From: Calditrichia bacterium
GTDB taxonomy: Bacteria > Calditrichota > Calditrichia > RBG-13-44-9
DNA: 17,913 bases
Assembly: GCA_037381445.1 (NCBI GenBank)
Contig: JARRQT010000169.1
Span: forward strand, 1-17,913
Direction of reading: 5' to 3'
Shown here: one piece after another, positions 1-9,058 of the stretch
How the letters are laid out: each line of letters begins with the position of its first letter
How positions within the stretch are numbered: position 1 is the stretch's first letter
Notes under the pieces: model-generated
Databases searched by the model: none
The model's input: the letters and a program-made list of their open reading frames with translations, nothing else
Told to the model about the DNA's origin: nothing
Program-made: the position numbers and the translations under genes

Positions 1-1352
1 ATAACCAAGGTCTTCCAGAACAACTCTTTCCGTTGTCTCCGCCGTCAGCAGCACGCCGGGAACACCTGCGCCCGGATGCGTGCTGGTTCCCACCAGATAC
101 AATCCCGGAATATCTTCGCTGCGGTTATGGGGGCGGAAAATGGCGGTCTGGGTGAGTTTGGGTTCTACGCCCCAGGCGCTGCCCAGGAAGTTGTTGCGCT
201 GGCGTTCAAAATCCAGCGGCGTGAAAGTCTCCAGCACTTCAATATTTTTCCGGAGATCCGTCAGCCCGAAATCTTCTTCCAGGAAATGCAGCACTTTTTC
301 GGTGAAGGGACGGGACATGGAACGCCAATCGGTTTCGCCGGAAAGATTTGAGACCGGTATCAGCACATACATGCTTTCACTGCCTTTTGGTGCCATGGAA
401 GGATCCGTCCGGGTGGGGACATGCAGATACATGGAGAAATCATCTGGAAGAATCTTCTTTTTGAATATGTCGTTCACGAGGCCCTTATAGCGTTCCGACA
501 AAATCAGTGTATGGTGCAATAATTGAGGATATTTCTGTTTTACCCCCAGATACAGGAGGAATGCGCTCATGGAATAACCGGTTTTTTTCAACCGGGAATC
601 GGACCATTTGCTGCGGTGGGCGGCCGGGATGAGATCTTTATGGGTATGAACAAAATCCGCATTGGATATCACCGCATCCGCTTCGAAAAGCTGGCCACGG
701 GAAAGCACCCCGCTGGCCTTCCCGTTTTTCACGATGATTTCATCCACTTCGGAATTGGTCAGGAGCTGTCCGCCGATTTCTTGAAATACCTTCTCGAAAG
801 CCTCCACCAGGCTGTACATTCCGCCCCGCGAAAACCAGACGCCGCCTTTTTTCTCCAAATAGGGAATCATGAGGTAAACTGCCGGTGCCCGGAAGGGGCT
901 TCCGCCAATAAACAAAGGATGAAATGAGAAAGTAAAGCGGTGCCGCGGGTCCTCAAAATACTTTTTTACCAGCGTGTGGGCCGGATAAAGCGCCCTGAGT
1001 TTCAATGCCTGGGGCAAAAAGTTCAGCATAGTTCCCCAGTCATCAAACGGTCTGGAACCCAGTCCGTCCTCAATGACTGCTTTGTATAACAGGCCGGTGT
1101 GGGTCATGAAAGCGTCATAATTGTCGGCATCCTTTTTATTGAAAGAGGCCATCTGAGCTTTCATTTCCTCGGCATTGCCGTTGTAATCCAGATATGATCA
1201 AATGTGTAGCCATCCCTTTTCAACTGATAGGCATGTCCGCCCGGCTTTTCGTTTTTCTCGAGCACGGTGACCTGAAATCCCCGGGCTTGCAGCCGGATGG
1301 CCACAGACAGTCCCCCAAATCCCGAACCAATAACTACTATTTTTTTATTCAT
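1..1352 (-). pseudogene. crtI: Phytoene desaturase (CrtI family), split by an internal deletion and frameshift near 1197; 3' end lies beyond the window
   Basis: The N-terminal frame (1352-1197) reads MNKKIVVIGSGFGGLS...EKNEKPGGHAY...GYTFD, an FAD-binding Rossmann start. A different frame from 1197 to 1, translated by hand at both ends and over much of its length, reads SYLDYNGNAEEMKAQ...FSFHPLFIGGSPF...GGVWFSRGGMYSLV...YLVGTSTHPGAGVPGVLLTAE, the CrtI core and C-terminal signature. The conserved GPS/T segment after FD is absent. Confidence 0.9.
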
Positions 1353-1370
1353 GTGTATTTTCCTTATGTT

Positions 1371-2966
1371 TTATTTTTTCATGGGGATGTAATGAGGATT
1401 CTCAATTTCCTCAAAGGTTGATACCTTGCTCCTGAAAACCATTTTCGGTGAGGCCGGGTGATGTCGGGACCGGATGTTTTCCAAATTGATCCCTTCTGCT
1501 TCGGAGATCAGTTCAGCGGCCATCTTGCCGGAGAGCAGCACCAGCGGGATTCCGCCGCCGGGGTGAGCGGAACCCCCGGCAAAATAGAGTCCGTTGATGT
1601 CCCGACTGCGGTTTGCGGGCCGCTTAAAAGCGGTCATTCGTGAGTTGGAGGAAATGCCGTAAATGCTTCCCCGGTTGCTGCGGTACAGATTGTAAAGATC
1701 CTGTGGGGTCAGCACTTTCTCCATGGTGATATGTGATTCTGCTTCTAATCCGTAGCGCTGCATTTTTTCCAAAATTCGAGACCGCATCCGGTTCACTTCG
1801 GCACCCCAATTCTGCTTCCCGCTCAAATAGGGCATATTGAGAAGAATGAACCAGTTCTCGCCATTTTGCGGTGCATGCTCCGGATCGGTTTTGCTGGTGA
1901 TCGAAATATAGACTGTGGGATCGTCCGGCGCCTGCAAGTCATCGAAAATCTGTGAGAATTCCCGCTGATAATCGGATGAAAACAGGATGTTGTGGTGGGC
2001 CAGTTCCGGAAATTTCCGGTCCATTCCCCACAGAAACACCATGCCGGAAAGTGACGGCTCCAGTTTGTTCAGTCTTGCGGCGCGACGTTCAACACCGTCC
2101 AGCAGGTGATTATGGGCTTCCACCACATCCGCGTTGCATAATACATATTCCGTAGTGATTATTTCTCCATTGACCCTGACGCCGGTTATCCGCTGTTTAG
2201 CGTGAAGGATTTTTTCCACGGGAGCAGAGGTATGTATTTCCACTCCCATATTCCGCGCGATCATTTCCAGGGTTTCCGCCAGACGGTACATCCCGCCTCG
2301 GATGTAATATGCGCCGAGGCCGTATTCCGCATAAGGAATAATATTAAGTGTGGCCGGCGCCTGAAAAGGATTGGAGCCGTTATAAGTGGCATAGCGGTCG
2401 AATAATTGCACCAGTCTATCGTCTGAAAAATATTCGGAAATCGATCTGTGCATTGTTTTCATGGCATCCAGGCGGTGAATTTTGAAAAAGGCAGGAAAAT
2501 GTTCCTTCCTGAAAAGCTTTCTCATTTCCTGAAATGGTGTAAAAAGAAAAACGCCTGCTGCCAGATCATAAATATTCCGTGAATGTTTCATAAAATCTTC
2601 AAATGCCTTTTCCTGACCGGGCATCTTCTCCTGCAATTCGGCCATCATATTTTGGTGGTCAGAAAAAGTATTTAACCGGGTACCATCCGGATAGAAATAG
2701 CGGCATATGGGTTCGACCGGAATGAAATCCAACAGTGCCGATCTTTGCAGCCCGGCGAAGAAAAACAGTTCATCAATAACGAAAGGCATGGTCAAAAGTG
2801 AGGGACCTGTATCAAAACGGAATCCGCCCATCTTGACTTCGCCCATCTTTCCGCCAACCATGGAATTTTTTTCAAACACTTGAACCTTAAATCCCATGCG
2901 GGCCAACCGAATGGCAGCGCTGATGCCGGCCAATCCGCCTCCCACCACGACCACCTTCTTATTCAT
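1371..2966 (-). CDS. crtD: CrtI-superfamily carotenoid desaturase, most like 1-hydroxycarotenoid 3,4-desaturase (CrtD); CrtN/CrtP type not excluded
   Basis: 531-aa ORF with GGGLAG, FDTGPSLLTMP, LFDRYATYNGSNP, GSIYGISSNSRMTAF and LYFAGGSAHPGGGIPLVLLSG. The family is secure; the subfamily comes from recalled motif similarity. Confidence 0.7.
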   Translation of the reverse strand: MNKKVVVVGGGLAGISAAIRLARMGFKVQVFEKNSMVGGKMGEVKMGGFRFDTGPSLLTMPFVIDELFFFAGLQRSALLDFIPVEPICRYFYPDGTRLNTFSDHQNMMAELQEKMPGQEKAFEDFMKHSRNIYDLAAGVFLFTPFQEMRKLFRKEHFPAFFKIHRLDAMKTMHRSISEYFSDDRLVQLFDRYATYNGSNPFQAPATLNIIPYAEYGLGAYYIRGGMYRLAETLEMIARNMGVEIHTSAPVEKILHAKQRITGVRVNGEIITTEYVLCNADVVEAHNHLLDGVERRAARLNKLEPSLSGMVFLWGMDRKFPELAHHNILFSSDYQREFSQIFDDLQAPDDPTVYISITSKTDPEHAPQNGENWFILLNMPYLSGKQNWGAEVNRMRSRILEKMQRYGLEAESHITMEKVLTPQDLYNLYRSNRGSIYGISSNSRMTAFKRPANRSRDINGLYFAGGSAHPGGGIPLVLLSGKMAAELISEAEGINLENIRSRHHPASPKMVFRSKVSTFEEIENPHYIPMKK

Positions 2967-3636
2967 TGGTCACTCCTTTGAATTTGTCATACAAAATAGT
3001 GTTGAGCAGAATGAGGGAATAACCATAACCAAAATCTTCAATAGGAATGGTGAAAATGTGGAAAGACAACTGGAAAGCGTTATTATAAAGAACCACAGGA
3101 CGGGCCGTTAAAAAACCGTTGAATATCAGAATAAATGCGGTGATAATTGCCAGGTACAAGTAGGTTCGCGGACGAAGCAATATGTCTGTTTTGAGCAGCA
3201 TATCCAGAAGGGCAGTTATTCCCAGCGCAAACAGGGTGATGCCAGTGTATTGTCTGCCATCAAATAGAAAAAAGATTCCAGGGATGAATCCTGCAATGAG
3301 CAGCCATTGTATGGGTGAAAGTTTCAGGCGTACGGGATTCCTGCTTTTTGCGCGTATAATTTCCCATACAAACAGGCAGGCAAAGGGCACGGTGATAAAA
3401 AACAGCCATTCTTCCAGAGGAAGACCGGCCAACCTGAAGTCAAGGGTATAGTTTTCGTTGAACCACCAGTGTTTTCCGGTGACCAGGGAATCCCAGATAA
3501 TAAATGGAATCAAAACAACCACAATCGCAGGCAAAAAATATTTCCAGCGGGATATGTAATGGACCCCCTTCTCGAAGCTCAGGGCTAGTGGTCCGGCAAT
3601 AATAACCAGATTGTATATGAGATATTCAAACTTCAT
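2959..3636 (-). CDS. Membrane lycopene cyclase with two fused CrtYc/CrtYd-type domains
   Basis: 225-aa hydrophobic ORF with duplicated motifs PLEEWLFF and PIEDFGY. Its stop overlaps the desaturase start by 8 nt. Confidence 0.88.
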   Translation of the reverse strand: MKFEYLIYNLVIIAGPLALSFEKGVHYISRWKYFLPAIVVVLIPFIIWDSLVTGKHWWFNENYTLDFRLAGLPLEEWLFFITVPFACLFVWEIIRAKSRNPVRLKLSPIQWLLIAGFIPGIFFLFDGRQYTGITLFALGITALLDMLLKTDILLRPRTYLYLAIITAFILIFNGFLTARPVVLYNNAFQLSFHIFTIPIEDFGYGYSLILLNTILYDKFKGVTNE

Positions 3637-3662
3637 TTTATTCCAACCTATTGTTTAAAAGG

Positions 3663-3756
3663 GCTCATTTGTTTATATAAAGCGTTATGAGCGATATTAA
3701 ATTAATGATAAAAAATCAGTAAAGCAAGTATAATGTTTACAAAAAAGCTCATAACG
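3663..3756. promoter_or_regulatory. Inverted repeats in the divergent crt/carH region; candidate operator
   Basis: CGTTATGAGC (3683-3692) and its exact reverse complement GCTCATAACG (3747-3756), plus a third GCTCAT at 3663-3668. Confidence 0.45.
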
Positions 3757-3768
3757 TTCATTTTGCCG

Positions 3769-3797
3769 TTGACACCGTGTTTTTGAATTCTTATATT
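3769..3797 (+). promoter_or_regulatory. Sigma70-type promoter for the carH-like gene
   Basis: TTGACA (3769-3774), 17-bp spacer, TATATT (3792-3797). An AAGGAG ribosome-binding site precedes the GTG at 3829. Confidence 0.7.
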
Positions 3798-3828
3798 TAT
3801 CAGGAAATTTTAAAAGGAGAAGAATTGC

Positions 3829-4698
3829 GTGGAAGCCGAAATTCAGTATTTTAACAGTGAAGAAGCAGCCAAGATGCTTGGCGTGAATGTCTCTACCATT
3901 AAACGCTGGACTGATGAGGGAAAATTGGAATGCATCCGTACACAGGGAGGCCATCGGAAATTTCTGATGGAACATCTTGCCGCATTTCTCGAGAAAAATA
4001 AAAAGAAAACGGAGCGCGTCAACCTGTTTCCGCTGGAAAACAAAACGGATTTACAGATCAGTAATCGGATTTTAAAAGGTGATTTTGCCTATTTGATTGG
4101 TTACAGTTATGATCAGGCGCTGGCCTGCAATCGCGATAAATTGCAGCAGGTCCTGAACGGTTTATATCTGGCCCAATACCCGCTGCATCAGATTTATGAC
4201 AGACTGATAACCCCGGTGCTCTATCGCGTAGGCGATTTGTGGGAACAGGAAAAATTGTCGATTGTGGAAGAGCATATTGCCTCCCAGACGATTCGTGACT
4301 GCGTTATCCGTTTGCAGGGGATTATCCGTCTGCCCAGACGTAAATCGGGCAAAGCGCTTTGCCTTAATTTTTCCCACGAGATGCATTCCATGGCGCTTAA
4401 ATTGGTGGAGCATATCCTTGAATTGCGGGGATACAAAGTTTTTTACAGCGGCCAGAATACACCGTTCCTGCAAATTGAAAGAGTGTTTGAAAATTATCAC
4501 CCGGACCGTGTTTATGTTTCGGGGACCATTTTGGCCAATACCGCAGAATTGCAAAGCGAATTTGATAAGATGTGTGAATTATGTTCCAATTACGGCACAA
4601 AGCTATATGTTGGAGGACGGGTATTTGACACCATCAAATTTTCCCATTCATCTGTGGTAAGAAGACTTTTTACCTTCGAGGATGTACATAATTTTTAG
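3829..4698 (+). CDS. carH: Cobalamin-binding MerR-like photoregulator (CarH/LitR type)
   Basis: N-terminal winged HTH (EAAKMLGVNVSTIKRW...TQGGHRKF), W-x9-EH motif (WEQEKLSIVEEH), and B12-binding elements EMHSMA...YVSGT...YVGGR. Divergent from carotenoid genes. Confidence 0.85.
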   Translation: MEAEIQYFNSEEAAKMLGVNVSTIKRWTDEGKLECIRTQGGHRKFLMEHLAAFLEKNKKKTERVNLFPLENKTDLQISNRILKGDFAYLIGYSYDQALACNRDKLQQVLNGLYLAQYPLHQIYDRLITPVLYRVGDLWEQEKLSIVEEHIASQTIRDCVIRLQGIIRLPRRKSGKALCLNFSHEMHSMALKLVEHILELRGYKVFYSGQNTPFLQIERVFENYHPDRVYVSGTILANTAELQSEFDKMCELCSNYGTKLYVGGRVFDTIKFSHSSVVRRLFTFEDVHNF

Positions 4699-4789
4699 AA
4701 TTCCATTGGCGAAGATTTCCTGTTCGTTTAAACTACCCGGAATGTAACCTGATAATTGAGGCATTTTCCAAAGGTTATGTGTTCTCTCC

Positions 4790-4806
4790 TTCCTTTCGGA
4801 AAGGGA
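4790..4806. terminator. Hairpin between convergent carH and photolyase genes; possible terminator
   Basis: TTCCTTT-CGG-AAAGGGA stem-loop without a strong U tract. Confidence 0.3.
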
Positions 4807-4918
4807 TGCACGGCGAAAAAATTTTCTGCCATATGCGTCTAAAGGATTGAGGCTGGTAGCCCCTCAAAATATTTTGTCGGCAGATTAATAATTCACTCCG
4901 CAAAAATTTTAGGCAGAT

Positions 4919-6284
4919 TCTGAAACCGGAATAATGACTTCAGACAGGCTATTATTTGCCTTTCAGGGCCACGCCATAGACGGCTAATGCGCGCTCCCGG
5001 GCAAATTTATGGTCAATAATGGGGGAGGGGTATGTTGAATTATTGTGTTCAGGAACCCACTTCCTAATATATAGCAGATCGGGATCGAATTTGCGGATTT
5101 GGGTGGTTGGATTGAATATTCTGAAATAGGGCGCAGCGTCACAGCCGCAACCCGCTGACCACTGCCAGTTACCGTTATTTGAAGACAACTCAAAATCCAG
5201 CAGCTTATCGGCGAAATACTGTTCTCCGCGTCGCCAGTCGATCAACAAATGTTTAGCCATGAAACTTGCTGTAACCATCCTTACCCTGTTGTGCATAAAG
5301 CCGGTGGCATTCAATTCCCGCATGCCGGCGTCCACCAGGGGATAGCCGGTGTTTCCCCGGCACCAGCGAAGGAACTTTTCGTCATCATTAATCCATTGTA
5401 TACGGGAATATCGCTCACGAAACGGGCGATTCACCACATGCGGAAAGTGATAGAGAATCATCATGAAAAATTCGCGCCAGATCAGCTCGCTTAAAAATGT
5501 CCGGTTCAGTTCCCAAGCAATTTGGACCAGCCGCCGGATACTAATGGTGCCAAATCGCAGATGAATTCCCAGTCGGGTTGTCCCGTCCATAGCCGGGAAA
5601 TCCCGGGTTTTATCGTAATTTTTTATAATTTCAGTGTTTATCTCTCCGGAAGGAAATGAAAAGCCGGTTTTGTCAAAACCTAATTCTGGCAATTGCGGCA
5701 GGGATGCAGCAGGTGCAGGGCAGAAATTCACAAATAATTTTTCGCTTGGAAAAGAAGCCAGATGACCCGGGTTCAATGTATCCAGCCAACGATTTTTATA
5801 GGGAGTGAAGACAACATAAGGATTCCCGTCGCTTTTGAGGATCTCCCCCCGTTCAAAAATAACCTGATCTTTGAACAGTCTGAAATCAGTTCCCTGCTCT
5901 TTTAGTAGCTGTTTGACTTGTTCATCGCGCGAAATGGCATAGGGTTCGTAGTCCCGGTTGGCAAATACAGTATCAATCCTGTAATCCCGGATAATTTTTT
6001 TCCACACCTCAAGGGGTTTCCCGCGTCGAATAATCAAACTGCTGCCCAGGGAAATCAGCTGTTTCTGCAGCCGCTCGAGTTCCCGATGAATAAATTCAAC
6101 CCGCCGGTCGTTTTTATCTGGCAGAGTGTCCAGAATTTCGGTGTCAAAAATAAATATGGGGAGCACCGGGGAACCGCTCTGCAGGGCATGATACAGCCCC
6201 GAATTATCGTTCAGCCGCAGGTCCCGGCGGAACCAGAAGATTGAGATTTTTTGATGTTTCATATTTTAATGTGTCTGAAACCGG
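4919..6284. repeat. 11-bp direct repeat TCTGAAACCGG flanking the photolyase gene
   Basis: Exact copies at 4919-4929 and 6274-6284, both intergenic and within 25 nt of the gene ends. Confidence 0.6.
4952..6262 (-). CDS. phrB: CPD DNA photolyase (class I/III-like)
   Basis: 436 aa with WFRRDLRLNDN, YVVFTPY, ELIWREFF, TGYPLVDAGMREL, GFMHNRVRM and NNGNWQWSAGCGCDAAPYFRIFNP. Confidence 0.95.
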   Translation of the reverse strand: MKHQKISIFWFRRDLRLNDNSGLYHALQSGSPVLPIFIFDTEILDTLPDKNDRRVEFIHRELERLQKQLISLGSSLIIRRGKPLEVWKKIIRDYRIDTVFANRDYEPYAISRDEQVKQLLKEQGTDFRLFKDQVIFERGEILKSDGNPYVVFTPYKNRWLDTLNPGHLASFPSEKLFVNFCPAPAASLPQLPELGFDKTGFSFPSGEINTEIIKNYDKTRDFPAMDGTTRLGIHLRFGTISIRRLVQIAWELNRTFLSELIWREFFMMILYHFPHVVNRPFRERYSRIQWINDDEKFLRWCRGNTGYPLVDAGMRELNATGFMHNRVRMVTASFMAKHLLIDWRRGEQYFADKLLDFELSSNNGNWQWSAGCGCDAAPYFRIFNPTTQIRKFDPDLLYIRKWVPEHNNSTYPSPIIDHKFARERALAVYGVALKGK

Positions 6285-6304
6285 CACCCGCAATTGAAAT
6301 TGGA

Positions 6305-7333
6305 TTAATAGCTGGTTTCATCTAATTTCACCTTGCCGCGAAATATGTAATAGATGCTGGTGGTGTAAGCAAGCACAAAAGGGACGCCAATAATGGCAAT
6401 AATCAGCATAATCCCAAGCGTGCGCTGGGATGAGGCCGCATTGTAGATGTCCAGACTATATTGGGGATTGGGATTCGATAAGACAAAATTGGGGAAAATC
6501 CCGATAGCAACCAGGGTAATTAAAGCCAGAATGCTGGCGCTGGAGGAAAGGAATGCCCGGAAATCCTTTCCGCGTTGTATTTCCCTTGGAATATTGGCGA
6601 TAGCCAGCATATTCAGCAATGCGATGAAGAAAAAGTAGGGGTAGTCCCGAAAATGCTTAACCATATGCGGAACATAAATCAGCGTAGCCATGGTAAGGGT
6701 TATATAGGAAATTGAAAAGAAAATAATTGTATTATTCACCCATTCCCGGACCCGGTTATGCAGATCTCCCTCTGTTTTCATGGTCAGGTAGATTGAACCG
6801 TGCATCATAAAGAGCGCCACTGCCGTGATGCCTACCAATATGGCGTAGGGATTCAGGAGTGACCAGAAATCTCCCAGGTACTCCTTATTTGGTGAAATTG
6901 GGATTCCCTGAATAATATTTCCCAATGCAACGCCTGCCAGAAAAGCTATAAAAATGCTCGAAATACTGAACGAGAAATCCCAGGTTCGCCGCCAGCGGCG
7001 GCTTTCCCGTTTGCTGCGGAATTCAATCGCAACGGCCCGGAAAATGAGAACGAATAGCAGCAGAAAGAATGCTTCGTAAAAACCTGAAAAGACAGTGGCA
7101 TAGACATCCGGGAATGCCGCAAAGAGAGCTCCGCCGCCGGTGATAAGCCAGACTTCATTTCCATCCCATACGGGACCAATGGAATTGATCAGGATGCGGC
7201 GGTCCTGGTCGTCCTTGTTTAAAAGATGCAGGGCGCCAACGCCCAGATCGAACCCGTCCAGAATGGCATAACCCGAAAGTAATATTCCGATCAGAATAAA
7301 CCAGATTGTATTTAGGTCAAAAGTGAATTCCAT
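6305..7333 (-). CDS. cydB: Cytochrome bd ubiquinol oxidase subunit II
   Basis: YAILDGFDLGVG, IGPVWDGNEVWL and RAVAIEFRSK motifs; multi-TM; adjacent to cydA. Confidence 0.96.
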   Translation of the reverse strand: MEFTFDLNTIWFILIGILLSGYAILDGFDLGVGALHLLNKDDQDRRILINSIGPVWDGNEVWLITGGGALFAAFPDVYATVFSGFYEAFFLLLFVLIFRAVAIEFRSKRESRRWRRTWDFSFSISSIFIAFLAGVALGNIIQGIPISPNKEYLGDFWSLLNPYAILVGITAVALFMMHGSIYLTMKTEGDLHNRVREWVNNTIIFFSISYITLTMATLIYVPHMVKHFRDYPYFFFIALLNMLAIANIPREIQRGKDFRAFLSSSASILALITLVAIGIFPNFVLSNPNPQYSLDIYNAASSQRTLGIMLIIAIIGVPFVLAYTTSIYYIFRGKVKLDETSY

Positions 7334-7395
7334 TTGTGTTCTCCGGCTGTATTTTTCATTTTTCTTAAATCTTAAATTCTTCTGTTGACGTCACT

Positions 7396-8799
7396 TTATT
7401 TTTTCTTTTTACCTTTTCTGATAATGGGAAGGCTTTCCAGTCCGTGTCTTTGAGCTTCGTATGTGGAGCCGTGGTCCTCAATATCCTCGGGACCGTGTTT
7501 GATTTTACGGTCCAGCAGAAAGATAAACAGCACGAAAAGCAGGGAGTAGATGATCAGAAATAGCACCAGGGAGAAAATATTCTGCCCAACATTCACTGCT
7601 GCGGACATGCCTTCGGAGGTGCGCATCAGGCCGTAAACGATCCAGGGCTGGCGTCCGACCTCCGCAGAAAACCAACCCAATTCATTCGAAATCTGCGGGC
7701 CCAGAACTGCTATTACAAAAATGTAAAGCAGCCATCGCTTTTCCCAAAGGGTCCCCCGCCACCAGAAGATAATACCCAACAGGCTCAATAAAATCAAAAG
7801 AACACCGATACCCACCATAATATGAAAGGTCTGAAACACAAAATTGACCGGCGGCCGATCAGAAGGCGGAAAATCATTTAGTCCGATAACGGGTTGGGAA
7901 AAATTCCGGTGAACCAGAAAACTCAAAAGGCCGGGAATGGCAATACCAACTTCAACGCGCTCCTTTTTTTCATTTACCCAGCCAAAAAGATGCAGGGCAG
8001 CAGGTTTTGTTGAATCATAGTGTCCCTCCAGGGCCGCCAATTTGGCCGGCTGGTGAACACTGATCATTCTTCCGCTCTGGTCTCCGGTAAACAACTGGAA
8101 AAGAGAGGCAAACATGGCAAAAGCCAGCCCGATTTTCATGGATGCCTTTGCAAATTCGATATGCCGTTTTTTGAGCAGATAGTAGGCGCTGACGCTGATC
8201 ACCAAAAAAGAACCCGCCAGCCAGGCGCCGCCCAGCACATGGATCAGACGATCTACGGTGGAATGGTTGAAGATGGCGACCCAGAAATCCGTCAGCTCGG
8301 CCCGAACCCTGCTGCCTTCCTGGACAAGATGAAATCCGGCCGGGGTCTGCTGCCAGGAATTGGCAATAACTATCCATACGGCGCTGAACATGGATCCGAA
8401 GGAAACCATGATTGTGGAGAAAAAATGCATTTTGGGACCGACCCGATTCCAACCAAAGACCAGAATTGCCAGAAAACCGGATTCCAGGAAGAAAGCAAAA
8501 ATCCCCTCTGCCGCCAAAGCGGATCCGAAAATATCCCCGACAAACCGCGCATAATTTGCCCAGTTGGTCCCGAACTGAAACTCCATGACAATTCCGCTGG
8601 CCACGCCAATAGCGAATATCAGGCCGAAAATTTTTATCCAAAAGCGGGTAAGATTCTCATACAATTTATTTTTGGTTTTCAAATACAGGCCTTCCATGAT
8701 CACGAGCAGCACACCCAAACCAATTGTGAGGGGAGGAAAGATATAATGGAAGCCTATCGTGAAGGCAAACTGGAGCCGCGACAGCAATTCTACATTCAT
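7396..8799 (-). CDS. cydA: Cytochrome bd ubiquinol oxidase subunit I (short Q-loop length)
   Basis: [47 protein letters not shown] and AEVGRQPW motifs; 467 aa. Confidence 0.96.
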   Translation of the reverse strand: MNVELLSRLQFAFTIGFHYIFPPLTIGLGVLLVIMEGLYLKTKNKLYENLTRFWIKIFGLIFAIGVASGIVMEFQFGTNWANYARFVGDIFGSALAAEGIFAFFLESGFLAILVFGWNRVGPKMHFFSTIMVSFGSMFSAVWIVIANSWQQTPAGFHLVQEGSRVRAELTDFWVAIFNHSTVDRLIHVLGGAWLAGSFLVISVSAYYLLKKRHIEFAKASMKIGLAFAMFASLFQLFTGDQSGRMISVHQPAKLAALEGHYDSTKPAALHLFGWVNEKKERVEVGIAIPGLLSFLVHRNFSQPVIGLNDFPPSDRPPVNFVFQTFHIMVGIGVLLILLSLLGIIFWWRGTLWEKRWLLYIFVIAVLGPQISNELGWFSAEVGRQPWIVYGLMRTSEGMSAAVNVGQNIFSLVLFLIIYSLLFVLFIFLLDRKIKHGPEDIEDHGSTYEAQRHGLESLPIIRKGKKKK

Positions 8800-8949
8800 G
8801 ACAATTCCTCAGTTTTATCAGACAAACATTTGTTTTAAACTGCTAATCCATTCGTCGATTCATTTCAAGCATATATGTTGAAGCAATTTTAAAGAATCTT
8901 TATGCGTAATTGAAAACCCGGGAACTCCATCCCGCTAGGCACAGATATA

Positions 8950-9058
8950 ATCCCTGTCAATATAAGGTGATAATTCCGCTAATTCAAAATCAATAGAATT
9001 CAATTTAGCAAATTTTAAACCTGGCGCTCCCTTCAAGAATTTGCCTAATGACAGGGAT
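8950..9058. repeat. 109-bp intergenic segment bounded by perfect 10-bp inverted repeats
   Basis: ATCCCTGTCA (8950-8959) and TGACAGGGAT (9049-9058). Confidence 0.5.

Noticed and set aside
76..927. Plus-strand ORFs 76-351, 80-490 and 523-927
   Set aside because: Antisense shadows of the crtI C-terminal frame, with no recognisable motifs.
1190..1205. Programmed ribosomal frameshift in crtI
   Set aside because: No slippery heptamer, and a shift alone would not restore the ~43 missing conserved residues.
3697..3975. 92-aa minus-strand ORF across the carH start
   Set aside because: Antisense to carH and its promoter, with no motifs.
4699..4951. Cobalamin riboswitch or sRNA between carH and phr
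   Set aside because: Several small hairpins are present, but there is no B12-box or core riboswitch motif, and the region lies 3' of both genes.
8015..8838. Long alternative ORFs (208 aa minus, 272 aa plus) overlapping cydA
   Set aside because: They overlap a highly conserved gene almost entirely and have no domain-like features.
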